Part shown: one piece after another, positions 8,586-18,548 of the stretch
Layout: each line of letters begins with the position of its first letter
Position numbering within the stretch: the first letter of the stretch is position 1
NCBI GenBank assembly: GCA_048882485.1
Contig: JBHLRP010000016.1
Span: forward strand, 18,473-64,347
Origin: Candidatus Thorarchaeota archaeon
GTDB taxonomy: Archaea; Asgardarchaeota; Thorarchaeia; Thorarchaeales; Thorarchaeaceae
Length of the DNA stretch: 45,875 nt
Direction of reading: 5' to 3'
Translations under genes and position numbers: made by a program
Notes under the pieces: model-generated
What the model saw: only the letters and a program-made list of their open reading frames with translations
Database searches by the model: none
What the model was told of the DNA's origin: nothing

Positions 8586-9935
8586 GTGATGGATATGTCT
8601 GCGTCTATAGAAGACCTGTTACGTGATGCGAAGATTGAGATGGTGATTGCTCGGTACGAGAAGGACCCGACTATTATGAAAGAACTCATTGGTCATTTGA
8701 ACAATGAGATTCGTTCCATAAGGTTCAATGCGACCTTGGCAATTGGCGAAATGGGAGCTGATTCTGCTGATGCTGTTTCAGACTTGGTTGAATGCCTAGA
8801 AGATGATGATTGGAGCATTTGCCGAGAAGCCGCAAGATCACTTGGGAAAATTGGAGAATCAGCTGTTGATGCCATTCCAGGCTTAGTTGCACTACTAACA
8901 GACAAGGAATTGACAATAAGACAGGCAGCGGCAGCATCAATCGGAAGCATTGGAGTTGCGACAGAAGAGGCCATTTCAGGGTTGATTTCAGCGCTGCAGG
9001 ACCAAAATGAAGATATTAGAGCTGAAGCTGCAAGATCTTTGGGAAAGCTGGGACCTAATGCTAATAGTGCAATTCCACATCTGACCAATTGTCTAAAAGA
9101 TATAAGCTGGACTGTGAGAACAGCCTCAGCCCAGGCTATTCGCGAGATAGGCAAGGAGTCTGCACAATCCATCCCAACTCTTATTCATGCGCTCGAAGAC
9201 CGGGATTGGAGAGTTCGCCATAGGTCGATAGAAACCCTCGCAGAGATAGGCCAAGATGCCGTACCTGCACTTCTTGAGGCGGTGGAATCCGAGAATCCTG
9301 TCATTAGAAAGGGTGCTATAGAAACTCTTGGAGAAATGAAGGCTTCTGATGCAGGAGTGATTGCTAGCATAGCTTCAAGGCTGCAGGATCGAGAGGAGGG
9401 AGTTCGTGGAAAGTCTGCTGATGCGCTACGTAGCATTGGAAAAGCATCCATTCCAGCATTGGTGGAATCATACGAGTTGGCCAATAAGAAGATGAAAATC
9501 CTGATAATTTCGGCGATTGGAGGAATGGGATTTGAGGGAGATTCTGCAATACCCTTCCTGTTAGGCGAATTACAGGCGCCTGACAAATCTGTTCGAGCGG
9601 AGGCTGCGAGATCGCTAGGCAAGTTGGGAATAGGGAAACAAGACACAATCGTTGGTCTAGTGAATTCCCTTGCAGATACAAAACCCATGGTCAGACGTGA
9701 AGCAGCCTTAAGCCTTGGAAAGCTAGGGCAAGACGCTACATCAGCTGTTCTGGATCTAGCCAAATCACTCAAGGATGAAGCACCAGATGTAAGGTGGAGA
9801 GCTTCTGAGGCGCTTGGAAGAATAGGGACCAGTAGCCCCGAAGTCCTTGCAACCCTAGAGGAGCTGCTCCATGATGAATTTGACTATGTTTCCGAAGCGG
9901 CACAGGAAGCACTCGATTTAATAGGTGGACAATAG
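8586..9935 (+). CDS. HEAT/PBS-lyase repeat (alpha-solenoid) protein
   Basis: About 12 repeats of L...L.D....VR..AA..LG.IG; abuts the livF stop. The start may be ATG 8589 or 8595. Confidence 0.9.
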   Translation: MMDMSASIEDLLRDAKIEMVIARYEKDPTIMKELIGHLNNEIRSIRFNATLAIGEMGADSADAVSDLVECLEDDDWSICREAARSLGKIGESAVDAIPGLVALLTDKELTIRQAAAASIGSIGVATEEAISGLISALQDQNEDIRAEAARSLGKLGPNANSAIPHLTNCLKDISWTVRTASAQAIREIGKESAQSIPTLIHALEDRDWRVRHRSIETLAEIGQDAVPALLEAVESENPVIRKGAIETLGEMKASDAGVIASIASRLQDREEGVRGKSADALRSIGKASIPALVESYELANKKMKILIISAIGGMGFEGDSAIPFLLGELQAPDKSVRAEAARSLGKLGIGKQDTIVGLVNSLADTKPMVRREAALSLGKLGQDATSAVLDLAKSLKDEAPDVRWRASEALGRIGTSSPEVLATLEELLHDEFDYVSEAAQEALDLIGGQ

Positions 9936-9947
9936 ACAGGAACGGGC

Positions 9948-11633
9948 ATGACTGAAGACCCTTATGCAGCCAAGGTTTGGTTGAAGCAATACGACGAAGG
10001 CGTACCAGAGCATATTGACTATCCAGAGATGAACCTCTATCAGATTCTGGATGACTCAGCCCGCGATTTTGGCGGACGTCCAGCGATTTGGTTCCAGAAG
10101 AGGAGGATAACCTACAAAGAGTTCAAGGATATTGCGGACAGACTCGCAACTGCTCTAGTGAATTTGGGAGTTAAGAAGGGTGATGTCGTCGCGATGATGA
10201 TTCCAAACTTCCCCCAGTATCTCTTTAGCTTCTTTGGTATTCTGAAGGCAGGCGCAATCGTTACTGCATGTAGTGTTTTGCTAACAGAGAGAGAGCTGGC
10301 CTACCAGCTGAATGACGCAGGTGCCGAGACCATCATTGCTTGGGATACACAACTTGAGAAGATTAATGCCATAAAGGACAGGACTAGACTCAGAAACATC
10401 ATCATAACAAATGTACTTGACTATGTGCCTGGTGCGAAAAGAGACCCTCCGGAGCTTTCAGGAACCATGCAGTTTGTGAATCTGGTCAATAGTACTAAGC
10501 CGAACCCTCCTAAGTTCGAGATCAACTCCAAGGAAGACCTTGCTGCTCTTCAGTACACGGGGGGGACAACAGGTCTACCAAAAGGTGCGATGTTGACTCA
10601 CTACAACCTATTATCCAATTGCATAGCTACCTACACCTGGACTGCTTCAGAGGTACAAAAAGGCAAAGACACGGGTCTGACTAATCTTCCACTGTTTCAT
10701 ATCTATGGGATGACAGTCGCCATGAATAGCTGGATTTACAACGCCTCTGCAATTGCCCTCAATCCAGATGCTAGAGACCATAAATCATTATTCGAGATCA
10801 TAAAGGATACGAAGCCAGCGATGTTTCCAGGCGTGCCAACCATGTACATGCGTCTGTTGGAGCGGGATGACCTAGAAGACTATGCAAAGGATTTGAGATG
10901 TATCAGATTCTGCAACACAGGTGCGGCAGCTATGCCCCCTGAAGTTCTCAAGGAGTTTGAGGAAAGAACTGGAGCCATCATTATCGAAGGTTATGGGCTC
11001 ACTGAAGCCTCGCCAGTGACTCATGTTAATCCAATCAAAGGAGTGCGTAAGATTGGGTCCATAGGAATTCCAATTTCTGATACGGAGGTCAGGGTTGTTG
11101 ACACCGATGATTATACGAAAATCCTGCCCATTGGAGAAGATGGCGAGATTCTAATTAGAGGCCCTCAGGTGATGAAGGGATATTGGAACAAACCTGATGC
11201 TACTGCAAACCAGATCAAAGATGGCTGGCTGATGACGGGAGATATCGGGCATATGGATGAAGAGGGCTACTTCTTCATTGTCGATAGAAAGAAAGACATG
11301 ATTAACGTCAGTGGCTTTAAGGTCTACCCAAGGGAGGTGGAGGATGTTTTGTTCGAGCATGAGGCAATCGAGAATGCAGCCGTGATTGGCTTGCCAGACC
11401 CGAATACACCCGGCAGTGATAGGGTCAAGGCATTCATTATGCTCAAGGACGGATATAAGGAGAGTGAGGAGCTTCTCGCCGAGATTCGAGAGTTTTGCAG
11501 AGCCAATGTTTCACCGTATAAAGTTCCAAGGGAAATTGAAGTCAGAAAGGAGCTTCCAGAGACCCTTGTGGGCAAGGTTCTTAGAAAGGATCTGAAGGAA
11601 CAGGAAGAAAGAAAAGCTGGAGAGTTGGTCTGA
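9948..11633 (+). CDS. Long-chain fatty acid--CoA ligase (FadD-like)
   Basis: YTGGTTGLPKG, EGYGLTE, GWLMTGD, DRKKDMI and GKVLR adenylation motifs. Confidence 0.92.
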   Translation: MTEDPYAAKVWLKQYDEGVPEHIDYPEMNLYQILDDSARDFGGRPAIWFQKRRITYKEFKDIADRLATALVNLGVKKGDVVAMMIPNFPQYLFSFFGILKAGAIVTACSVLLTERELAYQLNDAGAETIIAWDTQLEKINAIKDRTRLRNIIITNVLDYVPGAKRDPPELSGTMQFVNLVNSTKPNPPKFEINSKEDLAALQYTGGTTGLPKGAMLTHYNLLSNCIATYTWTASEVQKGKDTGLTNLPLFHIYGMTVAMNSWIYNASAIALNPDARDHKSLFEIIKDTKPAMFPGVPTMYMRLLERDDLEDYAKDLRCIRFCNTGAAAMPPEVLKEFEERTGAIIIEGYGLTEASPVTHVNPIKGVRKIGSIGIPISDTEVRVVDTDDYTKILPIGEDGEILIRGPQVMKGYWNKPDATANQIKDGWLMTGDIGHMDEEGYFFIVDRKKDMINVSGFKVYPREVEDVLFEHEAIENAAVIGLPDPNTPGSDRVKAFIMLKDGYKESEELLAEIREFCRANVSPYKVPREIEVRKELPETLVGKVLRKDLKEQEERKAGELV

Positions 11634-11734
11634 ATACCATTTCTTTCGTCCTTCGCATCCACAATCCGCACAATATGAATTCAAAAGTTCTCGTAAGAAA
11701 CTGTGGGCATTGTGAACTTATAGGGCCGATTAGA

Positions 11735-12751
11735 ATGTCCAAAGCCAAAGTATTCTTCCTATGGGATGTCAGGAAGGAACTCAGAGATTTCTTGAAAAAG
11801 CAACTAAGTGATGTACCTACTGTTCGTCTAGAGTTTCCTTCAGCCCCAACCGACGAGTTTCTTATAGAAGCAGCATCAAACGCAGAGATTGTTGTGGGAT
11901 GGAGACCAACTAGGGAATTCTTGGATGCAGCCTGCAAAATGCGACTCTTCATCAATCCAGGAGCAGGCGTGCAACATCATCTGGAGCCATTTCGAGAACT
12001 CAACAAGACTCGGAAAGTGATCTTAGTGAATGGTCACGGCAACTCGTATTTCGCTGCGCAGCATGCTGTTGCAATGCTACTTGCCCTCATGAACAAGATT
12101 ATTCCACACCATAATTGGATGGCTGAAGGGCATTGGCGTAGAGGAGACGACCATGCTGTGTCCATTCCATTAAGGTACAGGACCATTGGACTCCTTGGAT
12201 ATGGCCACGTCAACAGTAAAGTGCATCAATTTCTCACTGGATTCAACAATGATTTTTGCATTCTCAAGAAGTCTTGGACTGGCGAAGAATCTATGCCAAC
12301 CCCGGCGAGGAAATATGTAACGGAGGAGCTGGAGGAATTTCTCGAAGTAATAGACATCCTTATTGTAGCCGTTCCAGAAACCGATGAAACTGAAGGGCTA
12401 TTGCAGTTTCATCATTTGGAGAAGCTAGGCTCAGACAGCCTTCTCGTCAACATCGCTAGAGGTGGTGTGATAGATGAAACCGGTTTGTATAAGGCGCTGA
12501 AAGAGAAAGCGATTGCTGGAGCAGCACTAGATGTCTGGTATGAATACAGGCCAGAGCCAGACGAATCAGGCCAAAAGTATCCATATTCTCATCCATTTCA
12601 TGAATTGGACAATGTGGTACTTTCCCCGCACAGAGCAGCTTCTCCTTTTAGTGATCTTGAAAGATGGACCGAGGTTGTAGAAAACATCCGTAGATACGCT
12701 ACTGGGAGAATTGATTTTCTCAATATAGTTGACCTTGAGAGGGGCTATTGA
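11735..12751 (+). CDS. D-isomer-specific 2-hydroxyacid dehydrogenase family protein
   Basis: GLLGYGHV Rossmann motif, LVNIARGGVIDE, AALDVW and SPH. The probable start is ATG 11735 (the track gives 11675). Confidence 0.88.
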   Translation: MSKAKVFFLWDVRKELRDFLKKQLSDVPTVRLEFPSAPTDEFLIEAASNAEIVVGWRPTREFLDAACKMRLFINPGAGVQHHLEPFRELNKTRKVILVNGHGNSYFAAQHAVAMLLALMNKIIPHHNWMAEGHWRRGDDHAVSIPLRYRTIGLLGYGHVNSKVHQFLTGFNNDFCILKKSWTGEESMPTPARKYVTEELEEFLEVIDILIVAVPETDETEGLLQFHHLEKLGSDSLLVNIARGGVIDETGLYKALKEKAIAGAALDVWYEYRPEPDESGQKYPYSHPFHELDNVVLSPHRAASPFSDLERWTEVVENIRRYATGRIDFLNIVDLERGY

Positions 12752-12766
12752 AGGCAGAATGGCACT

Positions 12767-13651
12767 CTATACTTCCTCCAGCTCGTCAAGAGTAAGAGTG
12801 AGTTTCCTTGGGTTTGCTAGCAGACTGATTTCGTATCGATGCTGCAGGGGCTCAACTTTGCCTTTCTCCCATTTCTTCATGAAATGCTCATGACGTTTCC
12901 GTATTTCCTCTCTGAATCGAATGATGGTGGAGAAGCATTGTAGTATTCGGCAAAACCAGTTATTATTGGCAAGAGTGTAATCTTTGATTCTGACAGTGAA
13001 TTCGCCACCGATATCACCAAACTTGCTGTCAATTTCGGCAACAGTTTCGCCGCCATTAAGCCTTACAACCTTGAAGTCATCTCCTAGCGTCCCACGTTTC
13101 CCCTCTATCCGGAAGACCTCGAACGTGTTGTCTGGGCCTAGGACATAGAAGGAATGAGTTTCTGTGGAGAAGCCAGTCCTTTGCACCTGACGGATATGAG
13201 TCATAATCTCAACATCCTCCACGATTACTGTGAAAGCCAGCATCGGTTCGTTTGTAGCAAAGCTTGATGCGTAGGATTCTGCAACCATCTCCTCGATCGT
13301 TGCAAGCCATGCTCCACTGTCAGAAAACAATTTGATGACAAGACGCTTTGAAGCATCATTGAGTTCTCCCTTAAGAAGAGATGAGCGGAGGGTGACAAAG
13401 CCTACTTTTTCTGGGCGGCCGATACGGTCAACCTCGTCATCATATCGAGCCTCCTCAATTTTCCCAATAATCTCAGCATCCTTTGTGAATTGACGGCTCT
13501 TTGAACGCCAGACTTCCTGTTGGCGAAGACCAAATTCATCTCCGTGGAGGTCTGTGCTATAGAGATCTTGTGATAGTATCCGATACACCGGTCCGACTTT
13601 TCGCTTCTTATCCGCTGGCATGGTCGCACATCCTTCTTTGAATGGATACAT
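12767..13651 (-). CDS. Hypothetical protein, possibly LURP-one/Tubby-C/scramblase-like beta-barrel
   Basis: FRIEGK...GDDFKVV..GGETVAEIDSK...GGEFTVRI followed by a helix. The start may be ATG 13621. Confidence 0.6.
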   Translation of the reverse strand: MYPFKEGCATMPADKKRKVGPVYRILSQDLYSTDLHGDEFGLRQQEVWRSKSRQFTKDAEIIGKIEEARYDDEVDRIGRPEKVGFVTLRSSLLKGELNDASKRLVIKLFSDSGAWLATIEEMVAESYASSFATNEPMLAFTVIVEDVEIMTHIRQVQRTGFSTETHSFYVLGPDNTFEVFRIEGKRGTLGDDFKVVRLNGGETVAEIDSKFGDIGGEFTVRIKDYTLANNNWFCRILQCFSTIIRFREEIRKRHEHFMKKWEKGKVEPLQHRYEISLLANPRKLTLTLDELEEV

Positions 13652-13728
13652 GACTCACATGATAAGTCTTGAGCATACAACTACGTTAGCCGAAACACTC
13701 AAACCTGAAGCAAAGGTCGACAAGACCC

Positions 13729-14682
13729 ATGAAGCTCGGAGAAATCTACCGATTGATAGTTGAGATGGGAATCAAAGCTGATCCGCGGGGTGAGGAACGG
13801 ATCAAGAAGATTCTCGAGAATTCAAAGAAGAATCTTGACAAACTAGATGGCAAGAAGAAAGAGCTTGCTGACAAAGATGTAGCTTGGAACCCATATACTG
13901 ATTGTCGTTTGCTGTACGGAGATGATGACAGGGAGATTACAAGTATACTGAGCGGAATTGATATTGGAACTGGAGAGATTCTTCTAGCTGATCGACTGAG
14001 CCAGAGAGGAACCAACATAGATCTCGTCTTGGCCCACCATCCACATGGTATTGGCTCATCTCAGCTAGACTATGTCATGCGTCTCCAACCTGAGCAATGG
14101 GCAAAGCTTGGAGTACCCATAGCACAAGCCGAATCTGCGATGGCGAAGCGGCTTAAAGAAGTCCATTTCTTCTTCAAAGCTAGGAATCATACGCAGGTCA
14201 CTGATGCTGCCAGACTATTAGATGTACCATTCATGTGTGCTCATACGCCTGCGGACTCGCTGGGATACCAATTCCTCACGAACTATCTCAAGGAGAAAAA
14301 CCCGCAGACTCTTGGGGACATGGTTGATGTCCTTCTGGAAATTCCAGAATATCAAGAAGCAGAAAAAGTGGGTGCCGGACCAGAGATAATCCTTGGAAAC
14401 AAGGAAGGAAGCGTGGGAGAAAAGTTCGTGTTCTTTACGGGTGGAACAAGCCCTGGAAAGGAGTCAATTCAGAAGCTTGCTCGTGCTGGTGTGAGCACAA
14501 TCATTACCATGCATCTTGGAGAGGATCTCAAGAAGGAATGCGAAGCCGAGGGCATCTATGTGGTAATTGCAGGTCATCAGAGTTCAGACTCAATCGGCAT
14601 GAATTTGATTATGGATGAGCTGGAGAAGAAAGGCATCAAGTCATATGAATGCTCAGGATTCTTCAGACACAAGAGAAGCTAG
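13729..14682 (+). CDS. NIF3 (NGG1p-interacting factor 3)-like metal-binding protein
   Basis: GID, AHHP.G, HTPAD, GGT, MH and IAGH.SSDSIG.N motifs. Confidence 0.82.
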   Translation: MKLGEIYRLIVEMGIKADPRGEERIKKILENSKKNLDKLDGKKKELADKDVAWNPYTDCRLLYGDDDREITSILSGIDIGTGEILLADRLSQRGTNIDLVLAHHPHGIGSSQLDYVMRLQPEQWAKLGVPIAQAESAMAKRLKEVHFFFKARNHTQVTDAARLLDVPFMCAHTPADSLGYQFLTNYLKEKNPQTLGDMVDVLLEIPEYQEAEKVGAGPEIILGNKEGSVGEKFVFFTGGTSPGKESIQKLARAGVSTIITMHLGEDLKKECEAEGIYVVIAGHQSSDSIGMNLIMDELEKKGIKSYECSGFFRHKRS

Positions 14683-14690
14683 TGAATCTC

Positions 14691-15554
14691 ATGAAATTGA
14701 CCCAAGCTGGAAAGAGGGGGTTAGTCTTCGGCTTTGAAGACCCCTTCTTCACCAATGTGTATGTGATTGTAGGAGATAAACGGGTCTTTGTGTGCGATAC
14801 ATTTTGTGGCCCGGATTCAATGAAAGCGGTTGCAGATTATTTACATGAACAGGGGCACAATAATCTACCAATCGTCGTCTTCAACTCACACTCGCATTAT
14901 GATCATATTTGGGGAAACTCGTATTTTGAAGGAGCACCTATCATAAGTCATCATGAATGCCCCGGTCTGATTCAAAGTGAGGGTCCTCAGGCACTCTTGG
15001 ACTATGCTGCTCATAAGAAAGGAGATGTGCGTCTAGTCACGCCAAATGTCACCTTTGAGAAACGATTAGTGTTTGCAGAGGAAGAGGTCGTGTTCTTTCA
15101 CTCACCTGGTCATACAATTGATTCCGCGTCATGCTACGATTTGAGAGATAAGGTGCTCTTTGTATCTGACAATGTTGAATCCACGATGCCATACTTGTAC
15201 CAGTCAAACCTCCAGCTATACCTAGATACAATGGAAGCATACCTGGAGAGAGAATGGAAATTCCTGGTGGCTGGGCACGACCTAGTCCTAAAAGATGACG
15301 CCCTTGTCCGAAGCAATCTAGACTATCTATTGAAAGTGAGGGATTGGAGCTTGGATATTGAAGACCTACCTGTAGAGGCGCGCGTCCATCACTTTCATAA
15401 TATTGCAACCATCGGCGAAAACATTGAGTTAAAACACCGTAGCAATGAGATGCTGGCACATTTCCAAAACGTAATCGATTATCTTGCCAATCAAGATGAA
15501 ACAGATCAGATAAAGGAACTCCAGAAACGATTGCAGTCAGTTATCGGTAACTAA
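14691..15554 (+). CDS. Metallo-beta-lactamase fold hydrolase
   Basis: NSHSHYDHIWGN (HxHxDH), SPGHT, SD and AGH motifs. The probable start is ATG 14691. Confidence 0.88.
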   Translation: MKLTQAGKRGLVFGFEDPFFTNVYVIVGDKRVFVCDTFCGPDSMKAVADYLHEQGHNNLPIVVFNSHSHYDHIWGNSYFEGAPIISHHECPGLIQSEGPQALLDYAAHKKGDVRLVTPNVTFEKRLVFAEEEVVFFHSPGHTIDSASCYDLRDKVLFVSDNVESTMPYLYQSNLQLYLDTMEAYLEREWKFLVAGHDLVLKDDALVRSNLDYLLKVRDWSLDIEDLPVEARVHHFHNIATIGENIELKHRSNEMLAHFQNVIDYLANQDETDQIKELQKRLQSVIGN

Positions 15555-15604
15555 CGTTGGAGTTAAGTACTTGTTATACTGATATGTCCATTTGTGATTC
15601 AATA

Positions 15605-17038
15605 ATGAGGACTGGAGAACAATACAGGAAGAAACTTCTCGAGATGAAGCCCAATGTCTTCATCGGTGGAGAAGCTGTTGGACGCGGAGACCCTCGTCTA
15701 CAGGGTGTCATTGGAACCATAGCTCAGACATTTGATAGAGTTGAAGAGCCGGACTTCAAGGAGATTCTGAAGGCTGAATCTCATATAAGTGGCGAAACAG
15801 TCAACAGATTCACTCACATCCACCAGACCGTGGATGATTTACTAAAGAAGCAAGAGTTGACCAGGAGAATCTGTCATCTCAATGGAGGTTGTGTCTTTCG
15901 TTGTATGGGTATTGACGCAATGAATGCTTTGTCAATAATTACCCACAGAGCCGAAGCTATGACAGGGCGACCCTATAACCAGAGATTTCTAGAGTATCTG
16001 AAGTACTGGCAGGAAAACAATATTGTGGGGACTTGTGCTCAGACTGACCCAAAGGGAAACAGAGCTCTGAGACCCCATCAGCAATCAGACCCTGACCTCT
16101 ATCTTCATGTTGTTGAGCATCGTGATGATGGAATTGTTGTTCGAGGTGCCAAGAATCACATCACCGCAGCAGCCGTAGCTGAAGAGATTATTGTTCTCCC
16201 AACACGTTTCCTCACTGAAGCAGAAGACCAGTATGCTGTAGCCTTCGCTTTGCCAGGTGATTGGGAAGGTGTCAAGCTCGTGACGAGAGCATCGACCCAC
16301 AAGCGTGAAGAATTCGCTTGTCCACAAGGAGAGCTCGGTGATGTGGAGAATTTCATCATCTACGATGATGTCTTCGTTCCCAACGATCGCGTCTTTTTAG
16401 GCGGGTTGGAAGGAGAAAGCGTTCTAGGAGGATATGCAGCTCTCTTGTTCGCACTCTACCACCGCCATAGCTACACCGGATGCAAGCCCGCCACCACTGA
16501 CATAATCATGGGATTCAGCGCCCTAGTGAGTGAATACAACGGAATTGAAGACAAAAAGCATGTACAATCAAAATTGGCTGAACTCATCAGCGTTGCCGAG
16601 CTTGTTCGTGCAGCAGGAATTGCTGCGGCTCACACCGCAAAGAGAGATGAATCTGGAACAATGATCCCGGATCCAATCTTTTGTAACGCGGGCAGAAGAC
16701 ATGCAGGGAAGAACTACTACCATGAACTAGAAATTCTAGCAGATTTGTCTGGAGGTCTTCCAGCCACACTTCCTCTTGAAGGAGACTTCTATAACGAGGA
16801 AATTGGCCCGCTGCTGCAGAAGTATATCAAACGAAAAGACGATGTTCCCTCCGAAGATGTCTACAAACTCTTCAGAGCACTTTCGGATATCCTTTGCTCC
16901 TCCATCGGAGGGGTGGCAGCAGTTGCGGGAATTCACGGTGGCGGAAGTCCCCAAATGGAAGATGTAGCAATTCTGAAGCAGCATGATATAGAAGAGCGAA
17001 AGAAGATAGCTAAATACCTAGCTGGAATTGAAGATTAG
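15605..17038 (+). CDS. 4-hydroxybutyryl-CoA dehydratase (AbfD)-like FAD/[4Fe-4S] protein (HpaB/AbfD family)
   Basis: CVFRC, QTDPKGNR, VRGAK, YHRHSYTGCK (Cys3His cluster ligands) and HGGGSP motifs. The probable start is ATG 15605. Confidence 0.85.
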   Translation: MRTGEQYRKKLLEMKPNVFIGGEAVGRGDPRLQGVIGTIAQTFDRVEEPDFKEILKAESHISGETVNRFTHIHQTVDDLLKKQELTRRICHLNGGCVFRCMGIDAMNALSIITHRAEAMTGRPYNQRFLEYLKYWQENNIVGTCAQTDPKGNRALRPHQQSDPDLYLHVVEHRDDGIVVRGAKNHITAAAVAEEIIVLPTRFLTEAEDQYAVAFALPGDWEGVKLVTRASTHKREEFACPQGELGDVENFIIYDDVFVPNDRVFLGGLEGESVLGGYAALLFALYHRHSYTGCKPATTDIIMGFSALVSEYNGIEDKKHVQSKLAELISVAELVRAAGIAAAHTAKRDESGTMIPDPIFCNAGRRHAGKNYYHELEILADLSGGLPATLPLEGDFYNEEIGPLLQKYIKRKDDVPSEDVYKLFRALSDILCSSIGGVAAVAGIHGGGSPQMEDVAILKQHDIEERKKIAKYLAGIED

Positions 17039-17051
17039 AAATCTAGACTTC

Positions 17052-18485
17052 CTATGATTTGCGGCTATGCTCATGACCGGGTATTCCAGCTCGAGTCATC
17101 CTCTCTGGAGACAGTAGCTCGTCGAGCTGCTCTTCATCCATCAGTCCCTCTTCCAGCACTATCTCTCTCACAGGCCTCCCTGTTTCCAGCGCCTTCTTAG
17201 CTATGCGAGTAGCAGTCTTGTAGCCTAGTATTGGATTCAATGCAGTGACTAGTCCGACACTTCGGTGTACGATTTCCAATCCTGTATGGTTGGGTTCAAT
17301 GCCTTTGATACACTTCTCAGTGAATATTGGAATAGCGTTCTTGAGGACCTTCAACGCTTGGAAAAAGTTGTAGGCAATAACAGGTTCGAAAGCATTGAGT
17401 TCGAGCTGTCCCGCTTGAGCAGCTAAGGTGATCACTGCATCATGGCCAATTACCTGGTATGCGACTTGTGTCACCATTTCAGGAATGACGGGGTTGACCT
17501 TTCCGGGCATAATTGAACTTCCGGGCTGAACTGGAGGCAGAGTGATTTCATGAAATCCACCAATCGGGCCAGAAGAGAGCAGTATCAAATCACCACAGAT
17601 TTTGGAGAGATTGGATGCGATGACCTTGAGAAGGCTAGATGCATGCACGAACTCGTCTGCGTTTTGCGTATCATCAATTAGATTCTTAGCGGTTGTGAGG
17701 TTAGATAATCCCGTTATCTCGCGTAGATGGTTTTCAGCGAGCTGGATATACTCAGGATCTGCGTTTAGTGAAGTACCAATTGCAGTAGCGCCCAAATTAT
17801 GTGTCTCGAGGATATCGATGGCCCAACCAATTCGGGTTACATCTCTTTTGAGAGCTGCAGACCATGCCGAGAATTCTTGACCGAGAGTTATCGGAACCGC
17901 ATCCTGCATCTCAGTCCTCCCAAGTTTAAGAATGCCCATGAACTTCTCAGCCTTCTCATCGAGTGCCTGAACTAGACCATCGATCCTCTCATGGAGATCT
18001 CTCAGTCCATAGATGGACGCGATTTTGATCGCCGTTGGATAGACATCGTTGGTTGACTGACTCATGTTCACATGGTCGTTCGCCGAGATGGGAGACTGGG
18101 AGTTTCTTTCTTTGCCAATTAGCTCATTGGCTCTGGATGCAAGAACCTCATTCATGCACATGTTTGTCGAAGTCCCTGCACCTCCTTGCATCATATCAAC
18201 AACAAACTCACCATCGAGAACACCTCCAATCACATTATCACACGCCTTTGTGATGGCATCGGCGTACTCCTCTGAGAGATGGCCCAGATCGCGGTTTGCA
18301 AGGGTGCATGCCTTCTTCACCATTGCCAAGGTCTCGATGAGCGTTGAATAGTTGTTCAGATTCACGAGAGACACTCCAAAGTTCTCTCGGGCTCTGAGTG
18401 TCTGCACACCCCAATAGGCATCTTTGGGTATCATCCTAGTTCCCAACAAATCACTTTCTTCTCGGTACTCCTCCAATAGAATCAC
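17052..18485 (-). CDS. aspA: Aspartate ammonia-lyase
   Basis: QGGAGTSTNM, SQSTNDVYPT, GRT..QDA, NLGATAIGT and GSSIMPGKVNP motifs. Confidence 0.88.
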   Translation of the reverse strand: MILLEEYREESDLLGTRMIPKDAYWGVQTLRARENFGVSLVNLNNYSTLIETLAMVKKACTLANRDLGHLSEEYADAITKACDNVIGGVLDGEFVVDMMQGGAGTSTNMCMNEVLASRANELIGKERNSQSPISANDHVNMSQSTNDVYPTAIKIASIYGLRDLHERIDGLVQALDEKAEKFMGILKLGRTEMQDAVPITLGQEFSAWSAALKRDVTRIGWAIDILETHNLGATAIGTSLNADPEYIQLAENHLREITGLSNLTTAKNLIDDTQNADEFVHASSLLKVIASNLSKICGDLILLSSGPIGGFHEITLPPVQPGSSIMPGKVNPVIPEMVTQVAYQVIGHDAVITLAAQAGQLELNAFEPVIAYNFFQALKVLKNAIPIFTEKCIKGIEPNHTGLEIVHRSVGLVTALNPILGYKTATRIAKKALETGRPVREIVLEEGLMDEEQLDELLSPERMTRAGIPGHEHSRKS

Positions 18486-18548
18486 CTGAAACTATAGAGG
18501 ACTATCTGTGGACTAGTTCAATGTTTCCGGTAGCGGCATTTCAGGTTC

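Noticed and set aside
8693-9772. Long antisense ORFs (159 and 195 aa) opposite the HEAT gene
   Set aside because: Expected codon-bias shadows of a repetitive Ala/Leu-rich gene.
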